Below, piece after piece: positions 22,301-31,700 of a stretch of DNA of 64,000 nucleotides. Numbering within the stretch: position 1 is the stretch's first letter; every line of letters begins with the position of its first letter. A program made the position numbers and the translations under genes. The notes beneath the pieces were generated by a model. That model ran no database searches and had not been told where the DNA came from. It was given only the letters and a program-made list of their open reading frames with translations. The stretch is from Thiotrichaceae bacterium (lineage in GTDB: Bacteria; Pseudomonadota; Gammaproteobacteria; Beggiatoales; Beggiatoaceae), in NCBI GenBank assembly GCA_029939505.1, contig JAOZSV010000005.1, positions 477 through 64,476 on the forward strand, read 5' to 3'.

Positions 22301-24305
22301 AAGGACAGCGACTCTCCAAGAATGGTTTTATGAAATTGTCTGGCAATCTCAGCCCCGTTTGTTAACAGCCTCAACCAACATCCATACGACTGAAACGAAC
22401 AATTGGTTAATTTTTGCAGATCAAAGTGGCATAGGACAAACCCTAGCAACCCTGTTAAAAGAACAAGGGCAACACGTTATTCTAGCTTATGCGGCCAATA
22501 CCTCCGATATTTCCGAAAAAACCCGGGTATGGAATATCGATCCGACGCAAACGGCCGATTTTGAAGGCTTGTTGCAGGTTGCTTTAGAGAAACCTTTAAC
22601 GGGAATTATCCACCTATGGAGTTTAGAGGCCACATTACCACCAGAGAAGGTAACAATTCCTTTCTTAGAGCAAGCTCAACAGTTAGGATGTGGTAGCGTA
22701 CTACAGCTAGTGCAGATATTGAGTAAATATAATCTTTCAACCTTGCCAAAATTATGGTTAGTGACGCGAGGCGTAATGCCTATTGAAGACTACCAAACGT
22801 CCCTTGCAGTTGCCCAAGCGCCCTTGTGGGGATTAGGCAAAGTCATCATGCAAGAATACCCTGAACTTAGGGGGGGCATGGTGGATTTAGCGTTGTCGAG
22901 TTCAGATACTGAATTAGACTCTTCTTCAAATGCCAAAATAAATGATGCAACCCTATTGTTGGCCGAGATTTTGGACTCACTCGAAGAAGATCATATCGCC
23001 TTTCGAGAGGGACAACGTTATGTGGCTCGCGTGGAGCATAGCCATCAGCCAGAATCCCAAGGTATACTGCCATTGCAGTCTGAAGGCAGTTATCTGGTAA
23101 CGGGCGGTTTGGGCCACTTGGGACTAAAAGTCGCTCAGTGGCTGATAGCGCTGGGAGCACGATATTTGATATTGACGGGGCGTAGCGGCACTCCTTCAAA
23201 TCAAGCGCAAGACACTTTAAGTCAAATGGAGCAGATGGGTGTCCAAGTTCAAGTGATGCAAGCTAATGTGTCTAATGAACAGGATATGGTTAGGGTTTTT
23301 GCAGAAATTAACACATCCATGCCATCTTTGCGAGGTATCATTCATACCGCCGGAGTGAATGACCATCAAGCCATAAAAGACATTGACTTAAAAACGCTTG
23401 AGTCTATATTTCGTCCCAAGGTCATAGGCACATGGATTTTGCATCAACTGACCCAACTGATGAGCTTGGATTTTTTCGTGGTGTTTTCTTCCATTACCTC
23501 CGTGTGGGGTTCCAAGGGACAAGGCCATTATGCTGCTGCCAATCACTTTATGGATGTGTTAGTTCATCATCGTCAAAGGCTTGGGTTGCCGGCTTTAAGT
23601 GTGAATTGGGGACCTTGGTTAGAGGGTGGCATGACTAGAACTGAAGACCAAGAGTGGTTAAATCGAATGGGTATCAAGGGATTGGCACCGGAACTGGCGA
23701 TTGAGTCCCTTGGATACTTGCTGAGGACTAACACAACTCAGATCACTGTCGCCCAAGTCGATTGGCAATTATTTAAAGGTATCTATGAAGCCAGAGGACG
23801 ACGTCCTCTATTAGAAAACTTGCAAGATGCTGTCGTAGGGGCGGACTACCGCGAAAGCCAGCCACAACACTCAAACATTTTACAACAACTGGAAGACGCA
23901 CCAGCCCATGAACGTTTTGAACGTTTAATGACACATGTTCAAACCACAGTTGCTCAAGTTTTAAGACTTGACAAATCAAATTATCCAGAATTAGAGCTAG
24001 GTTTTGCTGATATGGGCATGGACTCCCTGTTAGCGGTTGAATTAAGGAGCCGCTTGCAAAACAGTTTAGGACACTCGCTTCTTACCACGATAGCCTTTGA
24101 CTATCCAACTATTCAAACATTGACAGAATACCTAGCCAAGGATGTGCTCAAGTGGAAAGGAATACCCGATCAAGTGGATACTACAGAACAGAGTAAAGAC
24201 ACAGAGGTCGTTTTGTCAGATATAGAACAACTCTCCCAAGCTGATGTTGAAGCGTCACTCACGGAAGAACTTAATAAACTCAAAACACTCATAAAGAAAA
24301 ACTGA
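19329..24305 (+). CDS. PKS module: KS-AT-KR-ACP (no dehydratase)
   Basis: 1658-aa ORF whose ATG lies 2 nt after the previous stop. KS: IAIIGMGCRFP, DTACSSS, EAHGTGT, NFGHME. AT: GHSVGE, VSHAFHS. A roughly 90-aa linker replaces the DH. KR: TGGLGHLG, with VNDHQ where the three upstream KRs have L(E/D)D. ACP: GMDSLLA. Confidence 0.95.
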   Translation: MTQDTTNRPSQSSALSPTKRALLALQEMQTKLNALEREKNEPIAIIGMGCRFPGGADNPEAFWQLLREGRDAIIEVPKDRWDIEAYYGTDPDAPGKMSTRSGGFLSGPVDQFDPQFFGISPREAVSLDPQQRLLLEVSWEALEHANLVPEKIYGSSTGVFVGMTSFEYGLLLFGEDNIERIDAYFGTGGTLGVAAGRLSYLFGLTGPSFIVDTACSSSLVTAHLACQSLRLRECDLALVGGVNLMLRPEAYINFSKARMLSADGRCKTFDAAADGYGRGEGCGVIILKRLSDALRDGDNILAKIRGSALNQDGPSGGLTVPNGPAQEKVIRQALANGGIEPTQVSYIEAHGTGTSLGDPIEMAALGNVYGPDRSVDNPLIVGSVKSNFGHMESAASVAGIIKMVLSLQHKKIPPHLHFKQPNPHIDWEAFPVTVPTELKPWSVGNKRRIAGVSSFSFSGTNAHLVIEEAPITENVSKETYAERPLHLLTLSAKTSEALKSLVSQYEDYLINSAMALANVCFTANTCRSHFNHRLSVVGASAAEIGEKLAAFQEAEQESIGIFKGKVQGAEPPNVAFLFTGQGSQYVSMGRQLYETQPIFRQTLERCHEILRPYLDTPLLEVLYAKDAKDKSDLLNSTAYTQPALFALEYALSELWQSWGIKPSVVMGHSVGEYVAACVAGVFSLEDGLKLIAKRAQLMQTLPQSGEMVSVSANKTRINAVIQQSNHTQKVSIAALNGPESLVISGESQAIKTIVAILEAEGIKTKQLKVSHAFHSPLMEPILSAFEKTARKITFSSPRLSLVSNISGQLATDEIATSEYWCRHIRQPVSFATSMTTLYQQGCEIFLEIGPKPTLLGMGRQCLPDNTGIWLPSLRPTQSDWQQLLQSLGELYVNGVTVDWLNFDKNYQRHRVVLPTYPFQRQRYWIDSVENKAQQTVSLSPDFQTSIMSLLHQGKTEQLAQQLTATGELSEEERQQLPNLLKLLANKHQQQIRTATLQEWFYEIVWQSQPRLLTASTNIHTTETNNWLIFADQSGIGQTLATLLKEQGQHVILAYAANTSDISEKTRVWNIDPTQTADFEGLLQVALEKPLTGIIHLWSLEATLPPEKVTIPFLEQAQQLGCGSVLQLVQILSKYNLSTLPKLWLVTRGVMPIEDYQTSLAVAQAPLWGLGKVIMQEYPELRGGMVDLALSSSDTELDSSSNAKINDATLLLAEILDSLEEDHIAFREGQRYVARVEHSHQPESQGILPLQSEGSYLVTGGLGHLGLKVAQWLIALGARYLILTGRSGTPSNQAQDTLSQMEQMGVQVQVMQANVSNEQDMVRVFAEINTSMPSLRGIIHTAGVNDHQAIKDIDLKTLESIFRPKVIGTWILHQLTQLMSLDFFVVFSSITSVWGSKGQGHYAAANHFMDVLVHHRQRLGLPALSVNWGPWLEGGMTRTEDQEWLNRMGIKGLAPELAIESLGYLLRTNTTQITVAQVDWQLFKGIYEARGRRPLLENLQDAVVGADYRESQPQHSNILQQLEDAPAHERFERLMTHVQTTVAQVLRLDKSNYPELELGFADMGMDSLLAVELRSRLQNSLGHSLLTTIAFDYPTIQTLTEYLAKDVLKWKGIPDQVDTTEQSKDTEVVLSDIEQLSQADVEASLTEELNKLKTLIKKN

Positions 24306-24310
24306 AAAAA

Positions 24311-27300
24311 ATGAGCAATATTTCTGAGAGACTAGAACAACTGTCTCCCGCCCAACAAATGCTGTTCGCGCTTAAAGAAGCGCAAGCTAAGCTCGAAGCA
24401 AGCGAAAATGCCAAAATTGAACCAATTGCTATCATTGGGATGAGTTGTCGTTTTCCGGGGAATGCGAATGACACGCAGGCTTTCTGGGAACTGCTAGACA
24501 ACGGTGTCGATGCCATTACCAATACACCGCCAGAACGATGGGATGTTGATGCTTTTTATGATCCAGATCCGGAAAAACCCGGGAAAATGTACACTCGCTA
24601 TGGTGGATTTTTATCGCAGATTGATCTGTTTGATCCCCGTTTTTTTGGGATTTCTCCCCGCGAGGCGGAAAGTATAGATCCCCAGCAACGGTTGCTATTA
24701 GAGGTCAGTTGGGAGGCACTGGAAAATGCAGGTCAAGTGCCGGATAGACGAGTTGGCAACCGCACGGGTGTATTTATAGGCATTACCTCCAATGATTATA
24801 TACGATTGCTATGGCAGCAGAATGATCGTAGTAAAATGGATAGCTATTTCATCACTGGAAACGCCCTTAATGCCGCAGCGGGACGCCTCTCTTATATCTT
24901 AGGATTGCAAGGCCCGAGTATTGCTATGGATACGGCCTGTTCCTCTTCATTAGTGGCGATCCATCTGGCATGTCAAAGCCTCCGTAATAAAGAATGCTCG
25001 CAAGCCCTTGTTGGCGGAGTCAACCTGATCCTATCGCCAGATATTACCATCAGTTCGTCCCGGGCTAAAATGTTAGCCCCGGATGGACGCTGTAAAACAT
25101 TTGATGCCGCTGCGGATGGTTATATTCGAGGAGAAGGATGTGGGGTGATCTTGCTCAAACGTCTTTCACAAGCTCAAGCGGATAAGGATAATATATTAGC
25201 GGTGATTAGAGGATCAGCCGTCAATCAAGATGGCCCAAGCAGTGGCTTAACGGTTCCTAATGGGGTTGCTCAACAAACACTGATTCGTCAAGCACTTACC
25301 AATGCTCAAGTGAAACCAAAGGAAGTTAGTTATGTAGAAGCCCATGGCACTGGGACATCGTTGGGCGATCCTATTGAAGTCAGTGCTCTAGGTACAGTAT
25401 TCAGTGAAGAACGTTCCTTCAATCAACCTTTAATGATTGGTTCTGTCAAAACGAATGTGGGTCACTTAGAATCTGCAGCAGGTATGGCCGGTATTATCAA
25501 AGTAATACTGTCTCTTCAACACGAAGAGATTCCAGCTCATTTGCACTTTAAACAGCCGAGTTCCCATATTCCTTGGGATAAATTACCCATTAAAGTGGTC
25601 ACCGAGCAAACATCATGGCCACAGGGAGAAAAACGGAGAATTGCCGGTGTCAGTTCCTTTGGTGTTAGTGGTACTAACGCCCATATTGTACTAGAAGGTG
25701 CTGAAGCATTCCAGATTTCATCGGTTCAGGCTTCAGAAGAACCACCGCAAACAACAGTTATTCGTCCGTGGCATTTACTAACACTCTCAGCGCAAACAAG
25801 CGAGGCACTAACACAATTAGCCGAACGATATCAAAATCATTTATCAGTTCATCCCAACTTAACTTTAGGAGATATTTGCTTTAGTGCCAACGCTGGACGT
25901 TCACACTTCAGCCATCGACTCAGTGTGGTAGCAGAATCGCTAACAACAGCGCAGAACCAATTAGCGGCTTTTGTGAAGGGGCAAGAATCCATCGGCATAT
26001 TTCAAGGAAAAGTACCAAAAAATCGTCAGCGCAAAATCGCTTTCCTTTTCACAAGTCAGGGTTCACAATACATTGGCATGGGACAACAACTCTACCAAAC
26101 CCAGCCTACATTTCGCAAAATCATTGACCGTTGTAATGGGATTTTAAGCGACTATTTGGAGGGGCCACCACTCCTTGATGTTCTTTATCCAGCACCCCAT
26201 GCAGAGTCTCGCTATAAGCCTTCCCAAGGAAAGGTTGAGAATGAGAAAGGGTTAGATGACATTGTCTACCAACAATCCGCTTTTTTTATGTTGGGATACG
26301 CTCTTGCTGAGTTATGGAAATCTTGGGGTATAGAACCGGGCATCATCATGGGAAATGGTGTGGGTGAATATGTCGCGGCCTGTGTTGCGGGGGTATTTAG
26401 TGTAGAAGATGGCATGAAACTGACTGTCGAAAGAGGAAAATTAATGTCGGCGCAATTGTTGGGGAATGAAATCGCAGTGATGCCGGGTTCTTATGAACCT
26501 AAGGCAAGCCAAATTACCTTTCAAACACCACGCATTCCTTTGGTTTCTAACGTGACTGGCCAATTGCTCTCGCCAAAACAGGCACTCAATGCTAACTATT
26601 GGCAACAATACCATGATGTTGAGAGCGAAGTATTGAATACGGGAATAAACACCTTGATTGAACAAGGCTATGAACTTTTTTTTGAACTAGGTACTGCGCC
26701 ATCCTTGATGAATTTAGGACAACAGCATCAAACTGTTTGGCTCTCTTCCTTCGTGTCAAAAGAGGATGATTGGCAAGGCTTGTTGAACAGTTTATCGACC
26801 CTATATATACAAGGTATGAATATTAACTGGAAAGGATTTGATAAAGATTATCCACGAAATAGAGTGTCTCTTCCAACCTATCCTTTTCAGCGACAACGTT
26901 GTTGGATTAAGTCTCAAGAATTGCCAACCAGATTCGCTGTGGCACAGCATTCGGATAATAAAGAACTTTCATCTCAATTGAAAATCACCGCGCCTTCTGA
27001 GGAGGGGCAAGTGGCACTGTCAGACAAACAATTATCATCTTCATTGACGATTGCGCCATCAGAACATAAACCTACCGCACAATCTTCTCAAATGGGAAAA
27101 ATATCGGCGGAGGTAGCCCCTAGTACACACAAAACGGAAGATACATCATCTGAGCAACATGGTGTAGAAGCAATTACCCGAATTATGAGGCAACAGCAGC
27201 TAGCCATGTCGGATATGGTATCGAATGTGATTTCCCAGCAATTGGCGTTTTTACGGCGTGATAATGCTCAACCTCAAAACTCAATACATTCAAATGATAA

Positions 27301-28702
27301 TAATAGTAAAGTCGATACTTTTCAAGTACCCATTAATATATTGACATCAAAGAATAATTGGCAGTTATTAGTCCTATCTGCGGAAACAGAGTCAAGCCTT
27401 GAAAGAGCAACAACAAATTTAGTTGAACACCTGAGGCAACATCCTGAGATCAATTTAGCGGAAATAGCGTATACTTTGCAAGAAAATCGTAAAATTTTCG
27501 ACCATAAACGTATGGTGGTTTGTCGTAATGTGAATGATGCGATAAACGTATTTTCCCCTTTAGATACGAAGCGCGTTATAACACGTTACCATGAATCGGC
27601 TAATCGCCCTATTGCATTTATGTTTTCTGGGGTTGGGGATCACTACGTGAATATGGCAAAAGGTCTCTACCACACACAAACCGTTTTTCGTGAACAAATT
27701 GATCAATGTTGCGAACTGGTCAAACCACAACTGGGCATTGATCTGCGGAAAGTCTTCTATCCTGAAGATAAAAGCGGTGAGGTGGCGTTGAATGATCAAA
27801 CGACAATTTCCAGTGCCCAACCACGCTTTGATTTGAGAAAAATGCTCAATCGGGAGCCTGAACCCGTCGATAAGGCTACCCAAAAATTAAACAGAACGGT
27901 ATTTGCACAAACAGCCGTTTTTGTGATAGAATATGCGCTTGCAAAATTGTGGCAAAAATGGGGAATACAGCCACAGGCGATGATAGGTTATAGCCTGGGC
28001 GAATATGTAGCTGCTGCGGTGGCAGAGGTTATGTCGCTTAAAGATGCCTTATTTCTGGTAGCCAAAAGATCGCAAATGATTGAAGAGTTACCAGAGGGGG
28101 CCATGTTAGCGGTACCACTTTCAGAAAATGAGATGCTTCCCTTACTGGGAAATGAATTATCCTTAGCCACGATAAGTACACCGTTGCAGTGTGTGGTTTC
28201 TGGTTCACCTGATGCGATTATGGAGTTAGAACAACAACTTAATGAAAAAAATATACTTCATCGGCGTCTTCAAACATCCCATGCTTTTCATTCAAAGATG
28301 ATGAAAAGGCTTAGTGAACCATTCACAAAACTAGCGAAAACAATTACGTTTAAATCTCCCAAGATTCCCTATATATCTAATGTCACCGGCACTTGGATTA
28401 CTAATGAACAGGCAACTGACCCACATTATTGGGCTCAGCACACTTACCAGACGGTGCGTTTTGCCGACGGGGTAAGCGAATTATTGCAAGCACCAGAACG
28501 GATTCTATTAGAGGTTGGACCTGGACAAAGTTTGGGAAGTTTTGTTTTTCAGCATCCTGATATTAAAAATAGCAAGGATACAGTAATACTTCCATCATTA
28601 CGTCATGTTAATGAACAACAATCTGACGAAGCCTTTTTGCTTAATAGCTTAGGTAAGCTTTGGTTGGCAGGTGTTAAAGTGAAATGGTCTGAACTTTATT
28701 GA
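24311..28702 (+). CDS. PKS: KS, degenerate AT, linker, second AT (no carrier domain)
   Basis: 1463-aa ORF starting 6 nt after the previous stop. KS: IAIIGMSCRFP, DTACSSS, EAHGTGT, NVGHLE.

First AT-like region: FLFTSQGSQY, with GNGVG (26351-26365) in place of GHSxG. The small subdomain and HAFH motif are missing. The post-AT linker YPFQRQRCW is retained.

A Ser/Gln-rich linker follows. Then comes a second linker-plus-AT unit: WQLLVLSAETESSLE, FMFSGVGDHY, GYSLGE (27986-28000), SHAFHS. The ORF ends directly after this AT. Confidence 0.93.
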   Translation: MSNISERLEQLSPAQQMLFALKEAQAKLEASENAKIEPIAIIGMSCRFPGNANDTQAFWELLDNGVDAITNTPPERWDVDAFYDPDPEKPGKMYTRYGGFLSQIDLFDPRFFGISPREAESIDPQQRLLLEVSWEALENAGQVPDRRVGNRTGVFIGITSNDYIRLLWQQNDRSKMDSYFITGNALNAAAGRLSYILGLQGPSIAMDTACSSSLVAIHLACQSLRNKECSQALVGGVNLILSPDITISSSRAKMLAPDGRCKTFDAAADGYIRGEGCGVILLKRLSQAQADKDNILAVIRGSAVNQDGPSSGLTVPNGVAQQTLIRQALTNAQVKPKEVSYVEAHGTGTSLGDPIEVSALGTVFSEERSFNQPLMIGSVKTNVGHLESAAGMAGIIKVILSLQHEEIPAHLHFKQPSSHIPWDKLPIKVVTEQTSWPQGEKRRIAGVSSFGVSGTNAHIVLEGAEAFQISSVQASEEPPQTTVIRPWHLLTLSAQTSEALTQLAERYQNHLSVHPNLTLGDICFSANAGRSHFSHRLSVVAESLTTAQNQLAAFVKGQESIGIFQGKVPKNRQRKIAFLFTSQGSQYIGMGQQLYQTQPTFRKIIDRCNGILSDYLEGPPLLDVLYPAPHAESRYKPSQGKVENEKGLDDIVYQQSAFFMLGYALAELWKSWGIEPGIIMGNGVGEYVAACVAGVFSVEDGMKLTVERGKLMSAQLLGNEIAVMPGSYEPKASQITFQTPRIPLVSNVTGQLLSPKQALNANYWQQYHDVESEVLNTGINTLIEQGYELFFELGTAPSLMNLGQQHQTVWLSSFVSKEDDWQGLLNSLSTLYIQGMNINWKGFDKDYPRNRVSLPTYPFQRQRCWIKSQELPTRFAVAQHSDNKELSSQLKITAPSEEGQVALSDKQLSSSLTIAPSEHKPTAQSSQMGKISAEVAPSTHKTEDTSSEQHGVEAITRIMRQQQLAMSDMVSNVISQQLAFLRRDNAQPQNSIHSNDNNSKVDTFQVPINILTSKNNWQLLVLSAETESSLERATTNLVEHLRQHPEINLAEIAYTLQENRKIFDHKRMVVCRNVNDAINVFSPLDTKRVITRYHESANRPIAFMFSGVGDHYVNMAKGLYHTQTVFREQIDQCCELVKPQLGIDLRKVFYPEDKSGEVALNDQTTISSAQPRFDLRKMLNREPEPVDKATQKLNRTVFAQTAVFVIEYALAKLWQKWGIQPQAMIGYSLGEYVAAAVAEVMSLKDALFLVAKRSQMIEELPEGAMLAVPLSENEMLPLLGNELSLATISTPLQCVVSGSPDAIMELEQQLNEKNILHRRLQTSHAFHSKMMKRLSEPFTKLAKTITFKSPKIPYISNVTGTWITNEQATDPHYWAQHTYQTVRFADGVSELLQAPERILLEVGPGQSLGSFVFQHPDIKNSKDTVILPSLRHVNEQQSDEAFLLNSLGKLWLAGVKVKWSELY
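26035..26905 (+). other. Degenerate acyltransferase domain (AT0); approximate bounds
   Basis: GNGVG replaces the GHSVG nucleophile elbow found in the four upstream paralogues. This region is about 55-60 aa shorter than those paralogues. The missing segment is the one that carries ...NGPxSxVISG...VSHAFHSPLMEP in them. Confidence 0.8.
27355..28699 (+). other. Second, intact-looking AT with its own KS-AT-linker-like subdomain (GYSLG type); approximate bounds
   Basis: WQLLVLSAETESSLERATTNLVEHLRQHPEINLAEIAYTLQENRKIF, FMFSGVGDHYVNM, GYSLGEYVAA, conserved Arg in AKRSQMI, SHAFHS. By eye this is clearly paralogous to the AT at about 49283-50426. Confidence 0.8.
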
Positions 28703-28778
28703 TAGTTTTTTGGAATAGGTTTATAACAAACCATAGAATCATTGGTTTTTATCAAATTAAATAATTAGAAATATTTTT

Positions 28779-31700
28779 ATGAATGATGCCGCAAGTGTTA
28801 CCGTATCTGATTTCCCGGTTGAGGTGTCCCCAGAAACAGGACGACGGACCGAGATTATTTCCACATTGTGTTCCCAGATGGCCGATTTACTGGCGACAAT
28901 CCCGTCTGAAGAGGAAATTCATGTTCCTTTCTTAGAAATGGGCGCTAATTCATTGACCTTAATGGAAATTATACGAACCATTGACAATACCTTTAGCCTC
29001 AAAGTGGTTATGCGTCAGTTCTTTGAAGAATTGACTAACATTGATGCGCTAGCAACCTACATTGATCAGAATTTACCCCCAGAAGGGTCTTCAACATCTG
29101 GGCAATCTGAGTCTGAAGTGCGGCCACAGGTAAAACCTATATCGACTGAATCTAACATGAATGAAACGATCACAGAAGAAGCGATCACAGAAACAAGTGC
29201 TCTGGAATTGACTTCCCGGTTGGTTGAAAAAACCAGTAGCGAGTTTAAACAACCAAACAATTTAAATGACATGCTTTCGAGTGGGGAAGAAGCGTCTGCG
29301 TTGGAACAAATTCTTAAGCAACAACTTGAATTGGCCTCTCAAGGGATGTCTCAAGTTGTCTCTCAACAGTTAGAATTTTTGCGCCATAGCGGTTTTTCGA
29401 CAAAACCATTATCGTCATCTGGACCTGATGTTCATCAAACAACCTCTCAAACCGTTGATTTTCAAGCAAGACCACTGCCAGTTGCCGATGCTTATCAGGC
29501 AACGCGCAAGTTAACCCCAGAAAAAATACAAGCGGTTGCTGATGTTTCGTCTACTTTGACGAACAAGCCGAAAAAAAAATCAACGTCTCAGAAATCTGGA
29601 GGTACCACTCCTCCACATCTTTTGAAGGCAACAGAAGTACGGGCGCGTGGGCTGACTCCACAACAACAGTGCCACTTAGAAGCATTGATTGCACGTTATA
29701 CTAAGCGTACCCAAAAATCAAAACAAATGACGCAAACGCATCGTGCCGTTTTAGCTGACAGTAGAGCTTCAGTCGGGTTTCGTTTTACTACCAAAGAAAT
29801 GCTATATCCTATTATTGGAAAGCGTGCTCAGGGCACAAAAATATGGGATATCGATGACAATGAGTACATAGACATTACGATGGGTTTTGGGGTTAATCTG
29901 TTTGGTCACCATCCACCCTTTATTAGCAAAGCCATCAAGGAACAGCCAAACGACACCATACAACTGGGGCCACGTTCTCCAGAGGTGGGCGAAGTGGCCG
30001 AACTGATTGCCGAACTGACTGGCATGGAGAGAATCGCGTTTAGTAATTCAGGTACTGAAGCGGTTATGTCAGCACTACGCTTAGCACGTGCTGCAACTGG
30101 TCGCACTAAAATTGTGCTATTTGAAGGCTCTTACCATGGACATTCTGATGGTACTTTAGTCGCGCCACCTATTCAAGATGGCATGCCCGGTTCTATGCCG
30201 GCTGCTCCTGGTATCCCCCAGTATATTGCCAATGATATTATTGTTTTGGAATATGGTACACCACAAACACTTGAATTAATCAGAACGCATGCCCATGAAC
30301 TCGCGGCGGTGCTAGTTGAACCGGTACAAAGTCGTCACCCGGATTTACAACCAAAGGCGTTTCTCCATGAACTGAGACAATTGACAAAATCAGCGGGGAT
30401 TGCCTTAATTTTCGATGAGATGATTACCGGTTTTCGTATTCATCCAGGTGGCGCACAAGCCTGGTTTGGCGTAGAAGCTGATCTTGCAACTTACGGCAAA
30501 GTCATTGGGGGCGGAATGCCGATTGGTGTTATCGCCGGTAAAGCGGCTTACATGGATGGTATCGACGGAGGTATGTGGCAGTATGACGATGCATCTTATC
30601 CACAAAAGGAAAGAACCATGTTTGGCGGTACTTTTTGTCAACATCCGCTGGCAATGACCACCGCACTAGCAACACTTAAGCATCTGAAAACGCACAGTCC
30701 TGCCCTTCAAGAACGGTTGAATCAACGTACCACGCAATTTGCCGAAACGCTTAATGCGTATTTTGAAGAAAATAAAGTACCTATTCAAGTGGCGCATTTT
30801 AGCTCTATTTTTCATTTTGAATTTTCAGGCAATATGGAACTACTGTTCTATCATCTGCTTGAAAAAGGTGTCTATATTTGGGAATGGCGTAATTGTTTTT
30901 TGTCTTCCGCACATACCGATGCTGACATTGAATATATCATTCAGGCCATTAAGGAAAGTTGCGAAGAATTACGATCTGGTGGTTTTTTACCCGCACATTC
31001 AAAAAGTGAGAAAGGATTAGAAAACGTATCAGGGATAACGAAAAGTCAAGATAAAGATAGCATTACCGAACTATCCAGTAAAGAGGATCAAGAGGGAAAC
31101 CAGGTTGAATTGACATCACGGAAGGACGTGACATCGATCCCAACGGTTTCAAAAGCGTCTTCCAAGCAACCTGATAAATTACCTTTAACTGAAGCACAAA
31201 GACAACTGTGGGTTTTGAGCCAAATAGGGCAAGAAGGTTCGCTTGCCTATAATGTTTACACAACCCTTCAATTACAGGGCCCATTTCAACTGTTGGCAAT
31301 GTGTCAAGCTGTACAGAAAGTTGTCGAACAGCATGAAGCGCTCAGGACAATTATCAGCCATAATGGTGATTTTCAGCAGATTTTGCCAGAATTGAAGATA
31401 GATATCCCCGTGCTTGATTTTTCAACAACGAGTGATGAAGGTCAATCTGAGGTGAATGCTTGGTTTATAAGTGAAAGCCAAAAGCCGTTTAACCTAAACC
31501 AAGGTCCACTTTTTAGGGCCTCTATTCTCAAGTTGGAAGAACAGCACCATTTGCTGGTTCTGACAGCGCATCATATTGTCGTTGATGGTTTTTCAATAGG
31601 CATCGTGCTACAAGAAATAACCTCGTTCTATTCAGCCGAATGTCAAGGCACCAAAACTCAACTGGACTCGCCCATGCAGTTCAGTGAATATGTACAGTGG

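Noticed and set aside
24311-28702. Interpretation of the dead AT as a trans-AT docking remnant (a trans-AT PKS module)
   Set aside because: A complete AT follows in the same polypeptide, and no free-standing AT gene is present in the window. All other modules are cis-AT.
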